From Massalongia carnosa (taxonomy: Eukaryota): a stretch of 64,000 nucleotides of DNA. Under the pieces are notes generated by a model. The model was given only the letters and a program-made list of their open reading frames with translations, was not told the origin of the DNA and did not search any database. Positions within the stretch are counted from its first letter, which is position 1. The number at the start of each line of letters is the position of its first letter. The DNA lies in contig OZ287084.1 in NCBI GenBank assembly GCA_965645245.1, forward strand, positions 372,001-436,000, read 5' to 3'. Positions 40,092 through 52,366 of the stretch are shown here, in pieces. A program made the position numbers and the translations under genes.

Positions 40092-41537
40092 GGGAGTGGG
40101 TAAGTGGGTGAGTGGGTGAGTGGTAACTAGGGATATTTTATTTATTTTATGGGATCAATACAGGGGCGTCACGTTTGTTAACTATTGCCGGACGAGGAAA
40201 ATGAAAATCGATATCTTAACCAGGGTAGTTATTCCATTTTTCATGCCCATGCCCACCAGCAAATCTATCCACTTTCCCGGTTCGATGTAAAAATTTTCTA
40301 TTCCGGCCAACTACCATCATTAAAAAGCCCGACTGACTGATCAGCTGAACCTTGATCTCGAAATTATGAGAATAAAAAGGCAAGGTTGAGACAATGAAAA
40401 GGCACGGCAGGATTGGCGGTGGGAATGGCAGTTTTGGGGGGAGGGAAGGAGGGAATGATGATATTCAGGTATAGAGCTGGGTTTTTCTTTGTTGGGTATG
40501 AGGGGAGAGGGGATTCTTTCTTCGTCAAACCCTACTATTAATTTATTATTCGCCCACACGTCGCACTATGCTACGAGTTGGATATTGGGAGGCGCATCTC
40601 AGCGCAAAAGCGTTTGGGTTCATATACTGGCGACATAGGCGAGGAGTTTAGGGTGTTGCGGGACTTACATAGTTAGGAGATTTTAGGGAGGTGTAGCTGG
40701 AAAAGGGGAAGGGTGGGTTTGGGGTGGGGGGTTTACTATTATGCGTTCATACATAGTGGGAAGACTAGGTATCTGGCTGAGAATATTATCTGTAGGGGTG
40801 AAACTGGGAAGATCATGGATTGAAGTAATTGGAAGGAGATATGGACCAAATGTTGATTGTGGAACCTGGGCTATTCTACTAGGGTGTAAGAGGCCAAATA
40901 GAAATGAATTGCTCGTCAAGAAAACAATAGTAACGAGTAAGATATTAAGGTACATGATCAAGGAACCACATGCTAAAGCTATGATAAAATCATGTCCTAC
41001 TAATCGGAAGTAAAACCGCATCTCATAATTTTTGCACTTATCCAAAACTGCAGATGTTTGACGAGTTGTCCTACGTACCTGGAATAAGTTCAACTTGAAA
41101 ATGAGGAATCGATCCCGCGCTTGCTGAAAATGGGGGACGGGGTGGTAACGACGACGAGAAGGGGGGGAGGGCGGGGACAAGCAGGAAAATTGCGAATCTA
41201 GGAAGTGCGGAGAGGAACTAAAGTCGCTTAGGATTTGAAGATAGTAAGCTATCGGATGGTAGGCATCGCTGGAAAACGGTCGAGGTCTTGACGGTCGGGA
41301 CCGAGCTGCTAGCTAAATGAATTAAGTAAATCCTAAAGGGTGCCCTTGGGCCCAATGGGCACACATTGACGAGTGGAAAGCAGTTTAAGAAATGAGACCC
41401 CGGATACTTGACCTATCGAAAACTTTTTGCGCGCAAGCCCTTAGCTTCATGCTGACAACATCAATGATCCTAATCTTCCAAACGTAGCTTCGCCCAGATC
41501 TGGAGAGCTAACAGATCGTTGGCTGCTGGCGGTTGAG

Positions 41538-42631
41538 TTATTCAGCAGTATCGAGCTCGTCATGAGCAGGGATGGGAGAATCTATGGGGCCTGTAGAGAA
41601 AAGCAAACGTGAGCTTCAGTGCTTCACTGCGTCCTAGGACTTCATCACCTTTACGATCATCCCCATTTGTTCCATTCTCGCGATCATCGTCGTCACGACG
41701 GTCCCGGACATCTTTCATCTCACGGTCTCGATCGTCCGGGCTTCGAGAACGATCACGATCGCGCCTATCATAATCACGCTCACGACGATCATCTTTACGT
41801 GGAGAGTAGTCTCCACGTCCGCGACGCGGAGGAGTGGGCGAACGTCCCCGACGAGGCGAACGGTCTCGACGACCTCCAGATGAAGCTGGTCCACGATCAC
41901 GGCCAGAATCAAAGCGCCACGAGGCAGACGGAGGAGTACGTGCCCACTAAAGAAGCTGTCAGCTACATGCCCGCTGACACAACGATCGCAAGCGGAACCG
42001 TACCTCAATCTTTAGCACGTCATCTCTCCCCAGCCGCTTGTTATGCATCTCATGATAAGCATCATCGGCATCACGGCGACTCTCATACTCGACAAAGGCA
42101 AACCTACTTGTCGTGTTAACGGACACCGCACAGGAGTGACATCAGAGATGCCCGAAATCTGCGAACTTACAGTCGGCTGGCCGCGCTTCGGGGAGCTGGA
42201 ATATCACAACGCACGAGGCGTCCATAACTTAAGCACGCAAGACGTTAGATTCGATTAGATGGGAGGAAGGGCAAATCGCGAAACTAGCACGACGACGACG
42301 AGAGAATAAGAAGGGCGAGGATCGCGATGGTGAAACGTATTCGGCTTGTGGCACCGAGGCTGGGGGAAGGAGGATGAAGAAAGGGAGGAGGTATACGGCG
42401 ATCGACCGTTCGACGAGAAGAAAAGAGTTGGATCGTAGACAAGATGGTCGCAATGTCTCGGAATACGAAGGAGGAAGGACGGGAAGGAAGATTTCGAAGG
42501 AATTGACGACCCGACTCGTCGCTTTTGCGTGTTTCTCAGACGTACCGTTCGAACTCGTAGGCAAGGTCGCGGGCGCGGGTGCCATGGCCGAAACCAGTGA
42601 CATAGAGAGTTGTGCCCCCTCCTCGAGACAT
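41538..42631 (-). CDS. srp1: SR-family pre-mRNA splicing factor Srp1 (RRM + RS domain), 5 exons
   Basis: Exons 42631-42546, 42227-42171, 42103-42004, 41946-41649 and 41590-41538 give TLYVTGF...FER|YGRLVRCDIPAPR...FAFVEYE...WARTPPSASWRFD plus an RS/RD-rich tail. Confidence 0.9.
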
Positions 42632-43670
42632 TTCTGCAGATGTAAGTGTACCTCTCTCTAAGGATGTGGGTAGGAATAGACGGTTCTGATAAATGAGATG
42701 AACGGCGGGAAAAGGTTGAAGGTGACCAGGCGATTGGAGAGCAAATGTAGAAGTACGGAGTAGGTATAGATACACAGCAGTACACAGAGTACCGAGTACA
42801 GAGTACAGAGTACAGAATACTCAATACTCCGTACTCTGTATGGAATTGTGGTATTGTGGTATTGTGTTAGCACGTGAGGAGTTCAGGTTTGGTACGGAGT
42901 ACGGAGTACTATGTACTTCGTACATGGCGTTTATTATTGGCATCGTACTCTGTACGCTTTGAGACCAGCGCATAGTGATCCCTAGAGCCTTCCGGAAGAA
43001 TAAAGGGGACGAAGAAAGGGGACGACCGGAGACGATGTGATTGATCCGTATCTAACTACAGAGTATGATTCATGCTTTCCAACGCTCATGTTTAGCTCAT
43101 GGATCTATCTGACTGCGTGCAATATACGTATTTCATCCGTGATTCGTCTCCTTGTCAACGGCTGCCTTCAACCCGATGCCCCTTTTTCCATTCTCGACTA
43201 ATGCATAGGCTGAATGAAATCTAAAAACAGCATCGTGCTCTGTAGTGGCTAGTGGTCTCGTGTATCTCAATGTGTTACACCGGTGCCACAGTGGCGCGGT
43301 GGCACATTCTGGTGGATCTGACCACTCGAACACATTAACTTTAGGTAAACCCATGACTGTAGAGTCATCCCATAACGCAACTCAACGCTCGATATTCTTT
43401 CTCTTGATATCATTTCCCTCTTTTTCATGGACATCTCTCTTTACGACAAAATAGGAGCCTGTCTTCTGCCATCGCCGCGTCGTCCCAAGTTGGATGCCAG
43501 ATCGGAGGGAAAAAGTCTTCGCCGCTCGCTTTCCAAGTACCGCCACTCCAACAATCGTGCCAGAAGTAGCAGCGCGTAGGAAAAGTCCCTAAGTCGGGGG
43601 CTAGTGCTGCGAGCTATACCTGAATTATCATATCCTCAACCCCCAGAACAGCATCTTTTCAACCTGTGCG

Positions 43671-44950
43671 ATGAGTTTAAACCCAAGCGCCCCTTCGCCG
43701 GTTGAAGGCGCCAAACAAGACAATTTACCAGCTCCCATATCAAATTTAATACATCTACGGCAAACCGTATCGCAACCGGTCTTCGCGGCCTTCCTCGCCG
43801 GAGGAGTGGCTGGCGCCGTATCCCGGACCGTCGTCTCGCCCCTCGAGCGATTGAAGATCCTATTTCAGATCCAAAGCGCGGGGAGAAATGAGTACAAATT
43901 GTCAGTGGGCAAGGGACTAATGAAGATGTGGAAGGAAGAAGGGTGGAGAGGGCTTATGCGAGGAAATGGCACCAATTGTATACGTATCGTACCTTATTCA
44001 GCAGTGCAGTTTGGAAGCTATAATTTCTACAAACGGGTAAGCAAAAATTCTTGTATGATTTGAAGTAGAGAAGAGCCACAAGACGACATAAGACCTCGGA
44101 TACAGTCTCAATTCTAAGCACGATGCTGATAATTACCTCGTACCAAATCAGTTCGTAGAACCATCACCGGGGGCAGACTTGTCACCATTGCGCCGTCTTG
44201 TCTGCGGAGGTGCAGCTGGCATAACCTCCGTCACCTTCACCTACCCCCTCGACATCGTCCGTACCCGCCTCTCCATTCAATCCGCCTCATTCGCCTCGTT
44301 GGGGGAAACATCGAGAAAAAACCTTCCGGGGATGTGGGCCACCCTGATAACCATGTACAAAACTGAAGGGGGTTTTTTAGCGCTGTATAGAGGTATCACC
44401 CCTACTGTTGCTGGAGTCGCTCCCTATGTGAGTTCTCCAACTCTTCACTAGACGCTCTTGGAAACTGACTGGTCATATTAAAAAAGGTTGGCTTAAATTT
44501 CATGACTTACGAATCCGTCCGCAAATGGCTTACACTTGATGGCGACAAAAACCCGTCCGCTGTTCGCAAACTTGCCGCCGGTGCCATATCAGGCGCCGTT
44601 GCCCAAACATGCACATATCCATTGTATGCGCTTCCCCTTCCCCTAGGTCCTTCCCATCTCATACCTCCTTGCTTCCCCCCAAATATCCACTCCCAATCGC
44701 TAAACATTTCCTGTCAACGTTTAGTGACGTCCTCCGCCGCCGATTCCAAATAAACACCATGTCCGGCCTCGGCTACCAATACAAATCCATCTGGGGCGCC
44801 GTCACGGCCATCGTTACGCAGGAAGGCTTCCGTGGGCTGTACAAAGGCATTGTGCCGAATTTGCTCAAGGTAGCGCCGAGTATGGCGAGCAGCTGGCTGA
44901 GTTACGAAATGACGCGGGATTTTTTCTTGGGCCTGAATGAGGAGGGCTGA
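43671..44950 (+). CDS. Mitochondrial carrier protein (YPR011C/SLC25A42-like)
   Basis: Three carrier repeats with PX[DE]XX[KR] motifs (PLERLK, PLDIVR, PFDVLR); RGNGTNCIRIVPYSAVQF. Confidence 0.92.
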
Positions 44951-45817
44951 GATGGGGAAATTGAGAAAGGGGGAAGGTGGTCTAGGTGGAGGAGGAAGAG
45001 TCCTGGAAATGGAAAGTACGGTGGTGAATCTCCTGTTAATCCCTATTTAACCCCCTTGCCTGTCTCAAACTTCCTCTTACGCTATCCTTACCCGCTATCG
45101 TTCCCTCGCCCTAGAGCTCGCACCACATCACGATCACAAATGTCGATACTACCCTGCAAGCAATGCTGCCTTTCTCAAAACACTAGAAAAGCAAACCCGA
45201 AACATCTAAAACAAACGGTATCAAGCAGTTAGAGCATCTGAGGTTTCCCAAGTCAAAAAAAAAAAAATTTTGCGGCATTGGGTTTGTTCAGGAGAAATCA
45301 TATTAGGCTTTGGGGGGTTTGGATCATTAAGGCGTTTATTTTGGTGCGGTGGGGCGGGTGGGGGAGCTTTCTTTTCCGAGGGTGGCATTGGAAAGCATCG
45401 TGGATGGGGGAGCTTGTTTTTGCGAGAGGGGCGGAGAGGGGTTTAGATGGCTAGAACTAGACGCATGCACCATCTCCTATGTTCATTTCCTGGGAAGTGC
45501 CTAGACAAAGGAAAAAGAAGGCCTTGGAGGAGTAGAAAACGGCAGTTGCGAATAAAAGAAGTAGTGTAGTTGATTAAGACTTTCTTTGCATCTGCTTCCC
45601 AGTTTTGCTACACAGTGCACGACTACTTATTGCGGCAAGCCTTCTCTGCAACGTTTCATACCGCACTGTTGCACCATCCCTCCCTAATTTCCTCGGAATC
45701 TTCACCCTTACTTCCACCCAGTATACTGAAGATTGATTTAGGTTTCCATGCGCAGTTACCGGTAATGGGCTTGGGATTGAAAAGAAAAAAAAACCCTTGG
45801 GAATGGTGGAGGCGAGA

Positions 45818-46699
45818 TTAGACCTTGAAGCCGCGCGAGCGTCTTCGGCCACGGGCACGCTCGAATTTGCGGCCTTTGCTCTCAACGTAGGGTTTCTATG
45901 GAGGGGAGGTCAGGGTTAGCTTCCTGTCTTCCTGTATCGGGGTGGGGGTGGTGGTATGGTAGCCAATGCTCGCTTCATAATAACTAAGAGTCTTCAAATA
46001 TGAAAAAGAAACCAAACGGATCGAAAAATTGAGTCCGTGGAGAAACACCAAAAACGTACCTTGCCCTTGTGTGGCCCAAATCCAAAATGTTTTACCGCTT
46101 CCCTTGCATTCTTTGGCCCCCTCAGGAGCAGCGTGTTTGCCCCCGTGGGCGCCTTTAATGCCAATTGATCAAGCGTCAAGCATTCCCCGCCCGCTTTCTC
46201 AATTCGCGCGCGCGCGGTGGCCGTAAAACGCAGTGCCGCAACTGTAAGCTTGGGGACAGTCAACAGGCGCGTGTCATCGGTGATGGTGCCGATGACGACA
46301 AGGGTTTTCTCAGGGCGAGCGAAAGCCACGAGGCGAGAGAGGGAGAGGGGGGGGCGATTAATGCGGGAGGTAAATAGGCGGCGGAGAACCACAGCGTTGA
46401 AGGGGGAGGAAGTGCGCCCTGGATTTCAAAAAGGGGGCTTATTAGCTTTTCGCCGGTTGGTGAGATTGGAAGGGTGACCTACGTGCTAGAAAGCGATATA
46501 GTTTGACGAGAAGTTTGAGGTAGACGTTGTCGCTCTTGGGGGCTTTGCGATGGGTGCCGCGCACATGATGCCTGTCAAGGTCGATACCTGCGGGATGGAG
46601 AGTTTAGCCTGGTCGTGCTTCTGAAAGGGTTCTTTGAGCAGTGGCACGAATGATGTAGAGCTTCGGTCGATGCTGCCTGAGAAGAAACCACTCACCCAT
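45818..46699 (-). CDS. RPL18: 60S ribosomal protein L18 (eL18), 4 exons
   Basis: ATGG|...|GTATCGAC gives [37 protein letters not shown]; ends [11 protein letters not shown]. Confidence 0.97.
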
Positions 46700-46908
46700 A
46701 TCTGCGTTACTGCTTGGATGAGTTTGTTGATGGAGGTTTTTGAGGTTAATTCGGCAAAGCCATATTCTACTAGTGAGGATTTATTGTGGGAGTTTCTCGC
46801 TTAGCCTTGGCTTAAGTCCTACGAGTAGCAAGTTATCTACAATCATTCCGTTTTAATTCAATAAATATTTCCACTGCCATGAAGTCTATTCCTATATTCC
46901 AGCCTCTC

Positions 46909-48539
46909 TTAGCCATCCACCGCAAGCCTCTCATGCTTCCAAGCCTTTCCCCCATTACCCTTAAAATAATCTCCTGCAACCTGTCCATTCCCGTACATAA
47001 AATACTTGTAGATCATGAGTCCCTCCAATCCAACAGGGCCTCTAGCATGGATTTTATTTGTACTGATTCCCACCTCCGTTCCAAATCCGAACCTCATTCC
47101 ATCTGCCATACGTGTGCTTGTGTTCCAGAAAACACAGGCACTATCAATGCCTGCTTGAAATCGGCGTGCGATATCTCTCGACTTGGTCAGAATTGCTTCG
47201 GTGTGTTTTGATGAATGGGCGTTGATATGAGCTATTGCCCAGTCTACGGAGTCCAAAGGTGACGGAGTGGAAGGGACCGTTTTGATAGCAAGGACAAGAT
47301 CTAGGAACTCAGTGTCATAGTCCGCATCCGAGGAGTCCTGGAGGAATGCAGCTTGTGAGTTGGACAGGGAAGTGCTTAGCGCCGCTTTCGAGAGAGGATC
47401 ACATCGAAGGGAAACTCCATTTTCAAGGAGTGCTCCCGCTATGGCTGGTAAAACTCTAGACAAGGCAGCTTCGTCCACAAGTAATGTTTCTACGGCATTG
47501 CAAGCCGCCGGATAGCCAAGCTTAGCGTCAGTTATAATTTTGACTGCCATCTTAGGATCAGCATCTGCATGAACGTAAATGCTGCAGAGGCCATCGGCAT
47601 GACCCAGGACTGGGATCCGGGTGGTGTTCTTGATATAGCGGACTAGCTCATTTGAGCCTCTGGGTATAACAAGATCAATGTATTTGTCTAAGTCAAGAAG
47701 TGAAGCAACGACGTCCCTAGTAGTCAACAACTGTATGGACGCATTGGGCACCTGGGTTGAAGCTAGTGCGTTGGAGATAGTATTTGAAATCGCGATAAAA
47801 GATTCTGTGGACTCTTTTCCACCTGTAAGGGATCAGCAAAGGACACTCAAAATCCTTATCCAGGTAGTTATCAATCACCTTTTAGTATAGCAGCGTTTCC
47901 GGATTTTATGGCCAAAGACGCAATGTTAGCTATGACTTCCGGGCGTGCTTCGAAAATGATAAGTAAAACCCCGATTGGAGAGCTGACTCGCTCGAGCTCT
48001 AACTCGTCATCCAATCGTGTTCGTAACGAGACCTTGCCAACTGTGTTGTACAAGGTCACTGGGAGCATGCAGGACAACAATCAGAGCTCTCAGAGGAGAG
48101 GCCTCCAATTTTGATGCAGCACGGAAACTGGCTGTGAGGCTTCAGTCGGGGTCCTTGTTGCAATGCACACTCCTCCGTGACCCAAACGTACAGCTTATCA
48201 GCTATAGCGACCATCATCTGATGGGCAAGGGTTCTCACTTGGATCTTCAAGGCTTCGAACATCAAGGATGCCTTGCAACATATCTTCCCATTTTCCCTTT
48301 CTAGCTAGATCGAGTCTTTTAAGTACACTCTGACTAAGATCACCATCCACGGCAGCCTTTGTAGCTGCCTTCACGTCTTTTGCATTTGCCGCGAGGATTG
48401 TTTCTTTAGCCTCAGATAGAGCTTGATAGATACTAAATAGAGCATCATTGCGAGCTTGGGCTGATAGAACCGCAAGGCTTCGGGAGGAAATTGACGCGGC
48501 TTTTGCAACATCTATAGGAGATGAATCTGTAACAGACAT
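46909..48539 (-). CDS. PRO2: Gamma-glutamyl phosphate reductase
   Basis: [43 protein letters not shown] and [24 protein letters not shown]. Confidence 0.95.
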
Positions 48540-48959
48540 AGCAGTTGTGAAAAGAGTATTTTCAATTAGAGGCAAAAGGAAAAAGGACAAGTTCTTCCTT
48601 CTTCTAAATTCACAGGATTGAGAAAGTAAAATTCAATCACAATCTGTGACATATGTCATGTGATGCTGTTTAGTCTCGCCTACCCACCAAAAAAACTTCA
48701 ACGTCTTTTTGTAACGACGCTAACCTCAAAAAATAACTCAAGCGAATAGAATCATGACCACGGAAGATAAAACGCCGACTTCCGAGATGCTAAATTATTT
48801 CCGTGAATCTTCTCCTACAGATGTTTGGGCTTCATTCTCTACCCACTCGTCACTACTGATCAACCTTTTTTCACACCACCACATAGTTTCACACAATCAC
48901 CACCGAATATTTTCACACAGTCACAATCAAGTCTCCCTATTATAGATGAAGCTTGCAGC

Positions 48960-50728
48960 ATGGATGCCATTTTGCCGCAGCTTCTCGCCTTTCCTCCTCA
49001 CCCACCGTCACTTATTCCGTTGCCGGATGCCGAGTACGACAAGCAGATCAAGAGCTTGGTTCAGCTACTCAACCAGATACCTGCAAATAAGCTCACCGGT
49101 GGTGTGACGGCAGGAGGTGATCTTTTAGATGTATGGTTTCTTTTTCTACATTACTTTTGGATCGCTCACTAATGCTGCCTTGGCTGTGGTAGATTCTGAA
49201 TCCATCCATTAATACGCTTCCATACCTCTTCGCCCTCCTCGCTCACGTGAATGGCTCAAGCGGCAAGCAAGCGACTAGAACTCATTCCAAGAAAATCCCT
49301 TTAGATGGGCAGTTATGGCGCAAAATGGTGGAGTTCTTGGATACATTTGATCCAGTACAGGTCAGATATGGAGGTCCAGAGTTCAGACGCCTAATTGAGG
49401 TTGTCGCGAGGACAGCAAACGCAGATTCAAACGTAGGACTGACTCATGTACCATACCGAAACCTATGCACCTGGCTGATCTTGTGTAGCCGTTTTTCGCT
49501 GTGGGCCCAATCAGATCAGCACTTCTACGCCTAGACTCTTCAAGTTCTTGCTTCACATCTTTACACTTGCTGTTTGTTCGCCTTTGTCTTGGGGCAAAAG
49601 ATTTCATTGGCGCCTTGCCTATTCTTGACAAAGATATCTCCCATATCATTATGGGTTCGGACCGTGGATACGGTTATGCAAACACACGTTACCTGTGCGC
49701 TCATCACGACTCTGGTTCTACCTTTATCACAAATGCATCAGGTCTATCAGACAAGCTAGAATATCTAGATCATTTACAGTATTTCCTTTATGGTGCAATG
49801 ATCTACATGGCTCTCAAAAAATGGAAGCGTGCACTTTTCTTCTTAGAAATAGTCATCATGTCTCCAGCGAACAACACGGCCAGCATGATACAGGTCGAGG
49901 CTTACAAGAAATGGGTTCTTGTAGGGCTTTTGCTCAAGGGGAAAGTACGGATTCCCTCCCTCAAGTCTTTCCCTGCTGGCTACGAGGCTTATCTCGTTAT
50001 AGACTTCACCATTACCGAAGACTATTACTTCTCAAACAGTGAAAATCTACGCAGCCCTCGCTAAGTCATATGACAACCTTGCAAAGACCTTTGAGGATGG
50101 CATATCAGGGGAGACTAATGCAAATAGACTAGTTGCAGAATCAAATGCAGGGGAGGCTGTGTGGCGTGAGGTATGTCTGCCCTTCAGCACAACACTCAAG
50201 TTTTAGGAATATCCAATAACAACGGTTTAGGACTGTAATAGTGGTATTGTGAAGCAGGTCATTGATGCTTTTCGTCGTACCTCGATATCTACGCTTGAGA
50301 AGACTTACGTATCTCTTCCCATTTCTGATGTGGCACATCGGACCTCGCCAGAGCCGAAGAATTATGCCGAAACTGCGGCCTATGTCGAATCATTGATTTC
50401 GGCTGGTCACCTTAACGCTACGCTTACAAAATCGTCAGAAGGACCTCAGACCTGGGCCTTGCACTTTGCAGAATCAGCCACAACTGGCCCACAGGCGCGT
50501 TCTGAAGTACACCAACTCGAAGATCTTGTTGGCTATATAAATAGCACGGCGAAGCTCATTGACCGTGTTCAAGAGGCCAACCGACGTATGGGACTGAGCA
50601 GGGAGTACATCGACTGGTCCAAGAAAATGCAAAAGATGAAGAAATCTATGGGAGCTGGGGAGCCGAGCCCGTTTATCAGTACGGGCGAGGACTGCATTGC
50701 CGAGGAAGATATGATGGCAGATCTGTGA
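48960..50728 (+). CDS. CSN3: COP9 signalosome subunit 3 (PCI protein)
   Basis: FDPVQVRY, FTSLHLLFVRLCL, LQYFLYGAMIY and SMIQVEAYKKWVLVGLL; four GT-AG introns. Confidence 0.85.
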
Positions 50729-51408
50729 AAGATTCCAGCTGTATAAACCTTTTTATGATAACGACGGCGTTGATCTTCAGCAAGTGCTGCTGAAGATTTC
50801 ATATCATGCTGATGTTAGGGAGGCAGGCGTTGGCAATACCAGCAATCATGAGTCTTCTCAGTATTTGAAAGCCTTAAAGAGTAATCGCACGTGCAATCTT
50901 TAAGGTGATTCCTGGTGGGATAAGGATGAACTCGACTACTTTCCACAACTACCTATTTGGGCCCTCACCTTGAAAGTGGCAGTCAGGTAATCCACGCACT
51001 CACCCTTCTCACTTGTAGTTTGCAACAGCAACTGATGATAATGTAAGCTGAATGGGCATAACTGCTTATGCAGTGTCAATAAAGATGTCTCAGTTGAAAA
51101 ATAGCAAGTAATAGTGTAAACATATAAGTCAAAATGATTTAACTACAAACATCGCGCCTAGTAACTACTCTACTGGGCGGGAAGCATCTCTTTAGGAGCT
51201 TTTGACGCGCGTATGTAAGGCCTTGTCCTTTCCCCGCGTTGCCTTAGATCACGTGTTCACTTCCCTTGCCACCGGTAAAAAATGCGGTCATGATGTCCGA
51301 TTTCCGTTTTATTTCATGGACTAACAACCTCTTATTCAACAAATCTAACCCACGCGAACAGAGTTGTCACCACTTAACACTTCATCTACAACAACAGCTC
51401 CCATCGCA

Positions 51409-52246
51409 ATGCTGAGAAGAGCAATCACGATAGCACCTCGCCGAGCTGGCAGGACCCTCTCAGTAGCCTCAAGACCATGTATGATCTCAGTACCACACTC
51501 TCTTGCCCCAGCATCCGTCCCATTGCGGAGAAGCTATCATGAAAAAGATAAGTCTCTCAGCCCTCCCAATTAAACACTAAATATGCTCTATTATACCTTC
51601 TTCCGCATCTTTTTCAACTAACGTCCCTTCTCCCATCCACTGCTCGACCACTACAGCTCTCCCCGAAACGTCGGCTCTATGACTAAAACCGACAGGGACG
51701 TCGGCACGGGCCTTGTCGGTGCGCCAGCCTGCGGTGATGTCATGAAGCTTCAGATCCGCGTTGATCCTAATAGCAACACCATCAGCGACGTCAAGTTCAA
51801 GACGTTTGGGTGTGGAAGCGCAATCGCAAGCAGTAGCTATTTGACTGAACTTGTCAGAGGTATGACGCTGGAAGATGCAGGGAAGATTCGAAACACAGAG
51901 ATTGCAAGAGAGTTGTGCTTACCACCTGTCAAATGTGAGTTTTCTGAGTTGGAGTTTTTGTTATAAATTTTCGGTATTTTTTTTCTTTGTGATATTCTCG
52001 AGAGACATCCTTTTTCGGCTCCCCCCTACGGATATCAAGCCAAAGGATCTACAGTACGCTGACAAGAATCCAGTGCATTGCTCCATGCTCGCCGAAGACG
52101 CCATCAAATCCGCAATCTCAAATTACTACACCAAAAACCCAAAAGCTGCCACTACAAACCTTTCCGGCACCGCTTCCACCCTGCCGAAAGTTGAAGTAGA
52201 AACCATTGCTGAGCCTGAAGCGCAGCAGCAGGCTGCGATGGCTTAG
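51409..52246 (+). CDS. ISU1: Mitochondrial Fe-S cluster scaffold Isu1/IscU; exons 51409-51547, 51641-51934 and 52074-52246
   Basis: Arg-rich presequence; YHEK(V)LDHYSSPRNVGS, GLVGAPACGDVMKLQI, FKTFGCGSAIASSS and LPPVK|LHCS. Intron 1 has AT-AC ends. Confidence 0.95.
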
Positions 52247-52346
52247 GCGTGCAAAAGGGGTTGAAGAGATGTGAGCTGCAGTTTACTTAAAGGGTAGGGA
52301 TGCGAAAGTAAAGTTTTGGAAGGGACTTGACGACGGTAAAATCTGT

Positions 52347-52366
52347 GGGTGGGTGGGTGGGTGGGT
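52347..52366 (+). repeat. (GGGT)5 tract, potential G-quadruplex downstream of ISU1
   Basis: Five perfect GGGT units about 100 nt after the ISU1 stop. Confidence 0.7.

Noticed and set aside
40300..41500. ORFs 40341-40559, 40683-41180 and 40741-41013 as genes
   Set aside because: No family signal; more likely a long srp1 3' UTR or intergenic sequence.
48647..48658. 12-bp palindrome TGACATATGTCA in the PRO2/CSN3 promoter
   Set aside because: A single short palindrome is expected by chance in 64 kb; no matching factor identified.
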